The translations under genes and the position numbers were made by a program. The notes below the pieces were generated by a model. That model did no database searches and was not told the origin of the DNA. It saw only the letters and a program-made list of their open reading frames with translations. Source: an uncultured virus (IMG/VR IMGVR_UViG_3300050021_000838) (taxonomy: Duplodnaviria > Heunggongvirae > Uroviricota > Caudoviricetes). Taken from it: a stretch of 64,000 nucleotides of DNA. The stretch lies in IMG/VR virus record IMGVR_UViG_3300050021_000838. One strand, given 5' to 3'. Of the stretch, positions 56,297 through 64,000 are shown one piece after another. Numbering within the stretch: position 1 is the stretch's first letter; every line of letters begins with the position of its first letter.

Positions 56297-59212
56297 CTAT
56301 TCATTAAATATAATATCAAAATCTTTAGTCGTATAAGTTTTTAAAGTTTCATCCCGTCCAATCGGGTTATCGTAATAAGTTAAAGTTGTTATTATTTCTT
56401 TTTCTTTTATTTGATATGGCTGTTTAGAAAATATTTTAGCATATCCCAAAGCTTTATCTTCTGCATTCACCCAACCAAGTCTTATTCCTTTTGGGTCAAT
56501 AAATTTAATTATATACTTATTGTCCTTCTTAAGCCAGAAAATGAAATCCGGGAAAAAATTACGATATTTCTGCTGTTCAGTATCATAATAAGGAATACTC
56601 ACTTTATCTAAGGACTCATCAATTTTGGAGAAATACCACCAGTCATATTTAGAAAGTTTAGTTTTATGTTTTAATAGGTCTTTCAGAAACTCTTTTTCGC
56701 TTTCTTCAGAAATTACATGTTTAATAAATTGCTCAAAACCGAAGTCCGCTATTAGTAACGGTTTATAATAATGCTCCTCAAGAAAGTCTTTATTAATTTT
56801 TAACGATACATCACCAACTGAAAAATCATTTGGCTTACTAAGCTTAGCATATTCCTTTTTAAATTCTTCATCGCCAATTTTATCAGCTTTGAGTAACTTA
56901 AATAACTGATCCTCCGATTGATACTTCGCCGAAAGTACATCTTTAATTAATTCTTCTAAATGAGCCAAATCAATGTCATTCAGATTTGCAACTTGAATAC
57001 TCTCGAAGTGAATGATCTCATTAGAAAGTTTTTTAAAACTATTTAATATTTTGGGCTTCTGGTGAAAATGGTTATTTAGGAGTAATAAGTTGTCAAATGC
57101 ATTTGCGCTTCTATCAGGTGCTGTTGTTGTGATTTTACCATCAGTTCTTATTATTGAAAGTGTATCAACTAAATTTAATACTGCCCTATCAGGACACTTC
57201 ATAAGAAGTATTTTGTCCGTTGCTTTTGCACTGTCACCCACAAATTCCATCAACTCAGTATACTCATTTCTTGAAAGATTGTACGCCGGTATATCCTCTT
57301 CTATATCGTTATAGGTTGCAATGAGTAATTCTTCTTGAATATTGATGTTGCGTTCAACAGAAGTAATATTTTTCCAATCTTTAGTTACAGTGTTTTTATT
57401 CAGATTTTCGATAATCTTTTGAATAACTTCTTTATTAGTTGCAAAAATATGTAGTGATTCTAAAGCTAAGTTTTTTTTATTGTTTACAATTTCTATTTCT
57501 TTTTCAACGGTTAAAACAGTTTGAATTTTTTCTTTTTCATTAACAGAAAAATAATTTAATCGTTTTCGAATCCCATAAAAAGGCTGTATTCTTACACCTC
57601 GCCCAATGGCTTGTAGTACAAATTTTTGAGCATCTTCATTAACACCTAAATTAATAAAATTTATCACATTTGGTCGATTACTGTCCCAACCTTCCGTAAA
57701 TATTCGTGAACCAAGCAAAATATTTATTTCGCTTTCGTTGGAATTTATCTCTTTAAAAAAAGATTTTGTTAAAGGTGTTCTGGAATACTCATAGTTAGCT
57801 AATACATTATCACTCCAATTCGTTGCATCAGAAGCTACAAGCAGGCAAAAATGTTTACCTTTTTTTGCTGTCTTCATTCTGAAAGCAATTTCCCTTGAAT
57901 TGCCTATTATTCTTGTATACTCAATTTTACCAGGCGAGGTAGCATTAAAAGCATACTTTAGTATATCTTCTTTAGTAATCCCTTTTACCAGAAGGATAAA
58001 TCTGGAAGGAAGAATTTCAGTTTCAAATAGAAAATTTTTTTGAACTAATAAGTCTTGTAAAATAGCTTCTTTTGCTTTATCCAATTCATAATCGCCACTC
58101 GCAATAATTCCAATTTGTTGAAAAAATAATTTGAGGTCAGCCTTAACGGTGTTCACTTCATTTGCTAAAGTTATTAACAATGGATTGTGATAAAGGGATT
58201 TATGAATTTTATGTATTGCTTCAGCTTCTTTTTTAATCGCAGTTAGCATTATCAATGATTTTAATACGATTACATATTTTTCTCTATCGTTAAAATCTCT
58301 ATCATTATGTTTATTGAAATTGATAAATTCTTCGCCAGAAATTTTAATATGTTTCCCATATCCTGCTTCAATGAATTTTTTCAAATTGAAATTAAATACA
58401 GTTGTAACAATATCAATAGTATCCGTAAATGTAGCCGAAAAATTAAATAGAAACCCATTTTTGCTCAATATTGTATAATATTGTTGTCTTTTACTATCTT
58501 CGCTATCTCCCTTGTGAGCCTCATCTAAAAGTACATACCACTTACCATTATTAAAAACAGTTTTGTAACTCAACAGTTCTGTCTTATCCACATCAGTAAT
58601 GTTATCTGATCGATAATAAAAAATGGTGACTGAATTTGCATCATAGAGGTTAAGTTGTCCTTGTTTAATTCGTTCCCATTCACGCAGGTCTTTGAGTGCA
58701 ATTTTAAGATTTCCATTTTTGTTGAATATTTCAATATGCTCCTTAATTTGTTCGAGAATCTCTGGCTTTGGGGCTAATAATAAAATGTCATTTTTAGGTA
58801 TAAACCCATTGCTTGCTAAATAATAAAGTTGCTCTATTATCTTTATCATCACTAATGTTTTCCCACTACCGGTCGCCATCCATAAAGAAGCACGATTGAT
58901 AAAATTCTTAAAATCTATTTTATCATCGATGGTCGGATAATATTCCGAAAGAATTTCATAATTGGCATCATCCTTATATACAGACAAAGCAGCATCATAT
59001 TCTAAAATTCCATTTGTACGATAGTAGTTAAATAATTCATTTGGCTTGTTGTAATAAAGGAAAAGAGCATTCAAGGTTTGATATAATGCTTTTTGCTGGT
59101 AATCATGAAGTTTAAAATCAATTCCAAAGGTTTCCGTATCCAAATTTTTATAAAACTCTGGTAACTCCCGATCGGATTCTTTCGCTATATTTTCTAATAT
59201 TATTTTGCTCAT
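56297..59212 (-). CDS. res: Type III restriction enzyme Res subunit (SF2 helicase plus PD-(D/E)xK nuclease)
   Basis: MATGSGKT, LLDEAHK, FSATF, EGWDSNRPN, QAIGRGVR, FFPDFIFW...FIDPKG. Confidence 0.9.
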   Translation of the reverse strand: MSKIILENIAKESDRELPEFYKNLDTETFGIDFKLHDYQQKALYQTLNALFLYYNKPNELFNYYRTNGILEYDAALSVYKDDANYEILSEYYPTIDDKIDFKNFINRASLWMATGSGKTLVMIKIIEQLYYLASNGFIPKNDILLLAPKPEILEQIKEHIEIFNKNGNLKIALKDLREWERIKQGQLNLYDANSVTIFYYRSDNITDVDKTELLSYKTVFNNGKWYVLLDEAHKGDSEDSKRQQYYTILSKNGFLFNFSATFTDTIDIVTTVFNFNLKKFIEAGYGKHIKISGEEFINFNKHNDRDFNDREKYVIVLKSLIMLTAIKKEAEAIHKIHKSLYHNPLLITLANEVNTVKADLKLFFQQIGIIASGDYELDKAKEAILQDLLVQKNFLFETEILPSRFILLVKGITKEDILKYAFNATSPGKIEYTRIIGNSREIAFRMKTAKKGKHFCLLVASDATNWSDNVLANYEYSRTPLTKSFFKEINSNESEINILLGSRIFTEGWDSNRPNVINFINLGVNEDAQKFVLQAIGRGVRIQPFYGIRKRLNYFSVNEKEKIQTVLTVEKEIEIVNNKKNLALESLHIFATNKEVIQKIIENLNKNTVTKDWKNITSVERNINIQEELLIATYNDIEEDIPAYNLSRNEYTELMEFVGDSAKATDKILLMKCPDRAVLNLVDTLSIIRTDGKITTTAPDRSANAFDNLLLLNNHFHQKPKILNSFKKLSNEIIHFESIQVANLNDIDLAHLEELIKDVLSAKYQSEDQLFKLLKADKIGDEEFKKEYAKLSKPNDFSVGDVSLKINKDFLEEHYYKPLLIADFGFEQFIKHVISEESEKEFLKDLLKHKTKLSKYDWWYFSKIDESLDKVSIPYYDTEQQKYRNFFPDFIFWLKKDNKYIIKFIDPKGIRLGWVNAEDKALGYAKIFSKQPYQIKEKEIITTLTYYDNPIGRDETLKTYTTKDFDIIFNE

Positions 59213-59215
59213 TAT

Positions 59216-62002
59216 TTATTGCTTTGCTTCTTTACTATTCCACCAAATAAGCGGTTTTATCCAGGGATATTTTTCGAAGGTCATATTATTATATATGATT
59301 TCCATTTCTTCATTTGTATTGCGGTCAATGAGAACACAATAATCTTTACCAAGTTTTTTTATGAGTTTACCGCTTAGATTGCTGAGTGTTTCAGCTATAT
59401 CAACATCAGGATAAAGAGATTCTAATATTATCCTTGCATTTTTTCTATTATAATCAATCTCAATTGCGTCAAGTAATTTTTGATCTTGCATAAAACAATA
59501 TTTTTCTACCTGATTTTCGTTTTTACCAGTCCACTGATAGATTGCCCTGGATAGGGTATCTTCATATTGTTCAAGTTCATAATACTTAAACATTCCCCCC
59601 CCCTGCCAATTAGTGTCAATTGAAAGCTTGGGCTTTCTATCCCCAATTAAAACAGTTTTTAGTCTGGGTAAAATTAGACTTGAAAAATAATCGGCCATTT
59701 CTGAACATATCCATTTACGTGATAACTTATGTGCAGCAGCAGCCGTTGTGCCAGATCCAACGAAATAATCAAGCACATAATCTCCTTCATTTGATGATGT
59801 TTGGATTATTCTTCTTAGAAGATTCTCTGGTTTTTGTGTATTCCCATCACTCCAGTTCTCTCTCGTCATATTTTGTGTATACATCATAGAATATATGTCA
59901 TTCCAAACATCACCTATTGCGATTTTTTGGTATTCACCTTCTATTTTTTTATTATAAAATTTATCATCTTTATTTCTTATTTGAATAAAACCATCACCAT
60001 CTCCGTCTTCAATTAAATCCAGCCATCCGATCTCGGGTAAATTTTCTTTAGTAACCCACATTTTGTTAAAAACGGCATCTCCTTGTTTCAAGTAAAATAT
60101 AGTATCATGCTGCCGAATAAAATTCGCCGCTCTACTTTTAAAGCCAGAAGGGCTCGGGCTCGTATTCCAAATTATTTCTCGTTTAACATCATCATTATAT
60201 ACATTCAGTAAAAGTTGTCTCATTAAATAATTGCAATTATGATCAAGATGTATATAAAATGAGGAGTCATCTTTTTGAAACTGTTTTTGCAATTCAATTC
60301 GATTATTTAAAAATGTTAACCAAGTAGAATCCTTGTATTTATCTTTAAATGCAAAATTATCTTTTTCAGTATTAAATGGAGGGTCGATATAAACTAAAGC
60401 GACTTGGTTTGAGTATTTATTCTTCAAGGAGTTTAGTGTCTGATAATTATCACTTTTCACTAAAACACCCTGAATCAAATTATCATAAATATCGTAATTC
60501 GACAATAATTCCAATAAAATAAATTTCTTATTTTTGTCAAGGTACTTAGTATCAATAAATAACTTATCAATACTTAATTGATCAGGTAAAGTCTGAGGCG
60601 AAATAGAGGCGAAAAATCCTTCTAATAGATTATTTCTATCAAAAATTTTATCGTTTATTTCAATTGAGTCTTTATTTTCTTTTAAATATTTTTTAAGCTC
60701 CTCTTTTTCGTTAAACAATCGAGCATACGTAATTTTATAAATTTTATTTTTATTGTTATAAATAATTTTATGAGGGTAAATTTTTCTTAGCGGCTCTTTT
60801 GATATTTCTCTAATGCAAAAAATAAAATCAGCAGCGGCTTCCTTATTGCTTAATATTAACTCCAATAACATTTCCTGAACAATAGCATAGTCTACTGGTG
60901 TTAAAAGTTTTTTTAATGATATTAGAGAAAATACATAATTTGAATTTCTAACAATTTTTGGTTTTTCCCAAATAGCTTTTAATTCATCTTCAAATTTTGC
61001 AATGAATTCAATTACCTTATGTGCAATCTTTTTAATATTTTGCATTCTAACCACTGTTGGAGAATCAAAGTCAGTTTGCAAGTCATTAAATAGCCAGTTG
61101 TATTGGTATATATCAAATTGTTCTTTTAAAAAACTTTCTGCATCAATATGTATGAAATAATCAATTTCATTTTGTTTTTTATAAATCCCAAATGCTTTTA
61201 AAATATCTTCTTCGGAAACAATTATTGTTTTAGCCAGGAAATACATGCGAAGATGATCTAAGTTGGACAAACAGAACTCAACAGTTACCGTATTTACTGT
61301 ATCATCTTCATTGATAATATTTAGACAATCTCTTAAATCTCCTTTACGAGTAAACACACTTTGGTCAATGTTGTTCTTAATAAATTTTATATTACCATGA
61401 AGTTTTTTACCATAATTTTCAAGAAGCTTATCTTTTACTTCGTTATTGCTTTCAATTCCCAAGTATTCCTTTAATCTTTCGTACTTGGTTATCTCATTAT
61501 ACATTACTTTAAAAGTGAGTTTTGTTGGCGCAACATTTACCAGAAAGAAAATAAGGCCTTTCTTTTCGTTACCTTTGATGTGTTTTATTTGCGAAGCGTC
61601 AAATGAGTATGTCACACCATTTATTTCAGTTTCTAAATCGTCGTACATCACTTCACTTTTTACATAGTAAAGCTTCCTCGTTTTCCAAAAGAGACTAACA
61701 TCGTCTCGATCAGAATAAACCCTTTCGTAAAGATTTTTATGCAATTGAGAATTAGCAAAAAATACTGTGCCTGTTTCGTTTAGGTAGCAATCAAAGAACG
61801 AATATAATTTTTCAAAAAGCTCTTCTCTATTTCCAAGATCAATATTTTTATCAATTTCTTCCTTTAAATAGGGCTCGATCTGAGCAAAGTATTGTTGCTT
61901 CAAGTCAAGCAAGTTAACATAACCTGATTGACCCTTGATTTTATGCCCTACAAAAGTATCCTTGAGGGCTGAAAAAAAACGTTGCTCATATTTGTTGTTC
62001 AT
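59216..62002 (-). CDS. mod: Type III R-M Mod subunit (beta-class N6-adenine methyltransferase)
   Basis: YIDPPFNT, TQKPE.LL.RII, LDYFVGSGTT, WQGGG.FKYYELEQYED; directly upstream of res. Confidence 0.9.
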   Translation of the reverse strand: MNNKYEQRFFSALKDTFVGHKIKGQSGYVNLLDLKQQYFAQIEPYLKEEIDKNIDLGNREELFEKLYSFFDCYLNETGTVFFANSQLHKNLYERVYSDRDDVSLFWKTRKLYYVKSEVMYDDLETEINGVTYSFDASQIKHIKGNEKKGLIFFLVNVAPTKLTFKVMYNEITKYERLKEYLGIESNNEVKDKLLENYGKKLHGNIKFIKNNIDQSVFTRKGDLRDCLNIINEDDTVNTVTVEFCLSNLDHLRMYFLAKTIIVSEEDILKAFGIYKKQNEIDYFIHIDAESFLKEQFDIYQYNWLFNDLQTDFDSPTVVRMQNIKKIAHKVIEFIAKFEDELKAIWEKPKIVRNSNYVFSLISLKKLLTPVDYAIVQEMLLELILSNKEAAADFIFCIREISKEPLRKIYPHKIIYNNKNKIYKITYARLFNEKEELKKYLKENKDSIEINDKIFDRNNLLEGFFASISPQTLPDQLSIDKLFIDTKYLDKNKKFILLELLSNYDIYDNLIQGVLVKSDNYQTLNSLKNKYSNQVALVYIDPPFNTEKDNFAFKDKYKDSTWLTFLNNRIELQKQFQKDDSSFYIHLDHNCNYLMRQLLLNVYNDDVKREIIWNTSPSPSGFKSRAANFIRQHDTIFYLKQGDAVFNKMWVTKENLPEIGWLDLIEDGDGDGFIQIRNKDDKFYNKKIEGEYQKIAIGDVWNDIYSMMYTQNMTRENWSDGNTQKPENLLRRIIQTSSNEGDYVLDYFVGSGTTAAAAHKLSRKWICSEMADYFSSLILPRLKTVLIGDRKPKLSIDTNWQGGGMFKYYELEQYEDTLSRAIYQWTGKNENQVEKYCFMQDQKLLDAIEIDYNRKNARIILESLYPDVDIAETLSNLSGKLIKKLGKDYCVLIDRNTNEEMEIIYNNMTFEKYPWIKPLIWWNSKEAKQ

Positions 62003-62326
62003 AATTCAGATTCTATTAAAATTTATTTATACCAGGGATCCTTTATTAAGCACTCCCGAGGGATTGTCAGAAAACTACAGAGATTATATTTCTTATCAGT
62101 AGCCTAAAAATCAATTAAATTTAGATAAATTCTCAAGCCTTAATTGCTTCTTTTCTGAATGCAAATTAGATAAGTTTTCCGAAAACTACAATCAATATTA
62201 TTTGATCGAATTGGTTAATTAAGTCTGGGAATTTTAAGAAACAGGAAAGATACCCAAAGCTTTTTGTTTGAATAGAAAAGGGTCTCATTTTTAACTGTGT
62301 TAAGATTAAATCCAAGGGAAAATTTC

Positions 62327-62689
62327 TTAGTCCGCATTCTCTACTTCAACAACCCGACCCATTGCGTCCAAATAAAATACTTGGTTCATTAGTATTTTTT
62401 TGTTGAGTCCGTAAGCCGTCCAGTATTCATGCTGAACCTCATAACGCATGTACCAATTCGGAATAATTTTAACTTTACTCCATCCTTCGCTCTCATAGCT
62501 TTTCCAGTCTCGCAAATTATTTTTCAAATAATCCTGTACCTGGGAAACTGAACCGTCCCGGCTATTCTCAACTCTGTCGTTGGATTTTAATAGACCGTTA
62601 AAAGAATGATATTTAATGAAGTAACCCGCACCGAGACCAAAGAACAATAAAAAATAAACGAATACAATTAGACCCATAACCTTTTTCAT
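62327..62689 (-). CDS. hypothetical membrane-anchored protein
   Basis: N-terminal transmembrane helix; NSRDGSVSQVQDYLK.NL.D..SYES..WS. Confidence 0.6.
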   Translation of the reverse strand: MKKVMGLIVFVYFLLFFGLGAGYFIKYHSFNGLLKSNDRVENSRDGSVSQVQDYLKNNLRDWKSYESEGWSKVKIIPNWYMRYEVQHEYWTAYGLNKKILMNQVFYLDAMGRVVEVENAD

Positions 62690-63098
62690 GCCGCCGCCTT
62701 TCGATTATTGTTTTAAAAATAATTGAATTTTCAAATACATTCAAAAAGAAATATAAAAAAATTGATGTATTGCAAACAAAACCTTCTAACGTCTAAATAC
62801 AATCCTCAAAAATTAGGAGAGGATAGATATTCTGAAATTACAAAGATACCTATGGCATGGATTAAAAAAAGAAGGATTATTTCTTAGTTTTCTTCCTCTT
62901 GCCAATTTTGAGGGTTTCAACTACTTTGGTATTGGGATGCTTTTTGTCATATCCCTTTTTCTTGAATTGACCAGTAATATAATATTTGTCCACTATACAA
63001 ACGGGACATTTTCTAAAAACTGATAGACATTCGTATTCTTCTTTAATAAGTTATTCTTTAGATTTTAGAAAATAAGAAGATTAAATGGGCGTCAATTT

Positions 63099-63692
63099 AT
63101 GAATGAAACCTATCCGTTATCAATTCCTGTCAATGAACTTAAAGCAGCTGTAAATAATTTACATAAATTGCTTTCAAAAGTTAAACCTAAGCCAAATTAT
63201 CCTATCCTGGATGTAATCGTTAGATTAAAAGAGATAGAACTCCGTCTCATTGGTATGTCTCGTATTATAACAACTGACCATAAGAACACCTATTCATTCA
63301 CAATTCCTTTCCATGATTTATATGCCGCAGCTTTGGGTACAGATAAGGATGACTTTTTAGCAGAAGTTTCATCCGGTAAAATTATAATTGATAATCGTAA
63401 AATATCTTCTGATTTTATAAAACTATTCCATCCGGAAAATCTTCATAAATTCGACCTTCAAATGAATTCAAATGTACTTGATATTTTGTCTTTACGATAT
63501 AAGTTCACTGAAACAGAATTGGAAGAAAAAAACTACATGCGTCTTATTGAAAAAGAAGAGGAGAATCTTGATCTTGAAATTTATAAGGGGTTAAAATACT
63601 TGTCAAAATATGGCATTACATATTCCTTTATAAAAAAAATAATAGACCAAAAAATAAAGGGCCATGCTCTAAATAATACGAATAATAATTAA
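63099..63692 (+). CDS. hypothetical protein
   Basis: 197-aa ORF in AT-rich DNA. Confidence 0.6.
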   Translation: MNETYPLSIPVNELKAAVNNLHKLLSKVKPKPNYPILDVIVRLKEIELRLIGMSRIITTDHKNTYSFTIPFHDLYAAALGTDKDDFLAEVSSGKIIIDNRKISSDFIKLFHPENLHKFDLQMNSNVLDILSLRYKFTETELEEKNYMRLIEKEEENLDLEIYKGLKYLSKYGITYSFIKKIIDQKIKGHALNNTNNN

Positions 63693-63722
63693 ACTGAGCT
63701 GGTCAATTACCGGATATTATTA

Positions 63723-64000
63723 TGCCTGAAGAGAAATTCAAACATACAACCTATTTTAAGAGAGCTGACCTTAATAATAAAGCATTTGTTTATTGGTCTC
63801 CATCCATAAGTGATTGGCGAGATATTATTGAAGACTACATTCAGATTTCAAAGAAAAGAAAAAATAATAAGCTAGCAATGTTCAAGCTTCAGATGGAATT
63901 GATTTCTGATTTATTGCAGCTTAATGATGCCCTCAAAGGGTATATGAAACTTTATGAAGATCCTGAAGAACGTAAGCTTAAATTCCCGGAGAAGGAAATA
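63723..64000 (+). CDS. hypothetical protein (runs off the window end)
   Basis: ATG CCT GAA GAG... appears open to the end of the window. Confidence 0.4.

Noticed and set aside
1..64000. Stop-codon reassignment (alternative genetic code)
   Set aside because: Recognisable genes are full length under code 11, and TAA, TAG and TGA all end genes, often in coupled overlaps

Overview
This window looks like part of a large extrachromosomal element, either a phage-plasmid or a phage-like megaplasmid. No virion or conjugation genes are visible, so the type is inferred. The backbone is a dense run of mostly minus-strand, phage-type genes. They include a CobS/CobT-like MoxR AAA+/VWA pair, a WGR protein, PC4, a dNMP kinase, two paralogous ATP-dependent DNA ligases, MazG, a GT9 glycosyltransferase, ASCH, an HD hydrolase, DUF5131, DUF1937, DUF3085, DUF3768 and many small hypotheticals. 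A complete plasmid-type replicon is present: Rep_3 initiator, parA, parB, a 22-bp-phased iteron origin and a candidate parS palindrome. Two AT-rich defence islands are inserted: a double-GTPase/GAP1-N1/GASH conflict system with an EAD1-coupled nucleoside phosphorylase effector (~16.0-23.6 kb), and a Type III R-M pair (~56.3-62.0 kb). The most striking unexplained features are non-coding. (i) Eleven copies of a minus-strand promoter-like motif, TTAGCAC-N5-TTG(T/A)A, have exact sigma54 -24/-12 geometry but both hallmark dinucleotides altered. (ii) Two large, ornately pairing candidate ncRNAs (~325 and ~530 nt) and an 88-nt tRNA-mimic are present. (iii) There are two atypical tRNAs: a CCA anticodon on a long-variable-arm body, and a Glu-like tRNA with an 8-nt anticodon loop. 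All family assignments come from motif recognition by eye, not from database searches.
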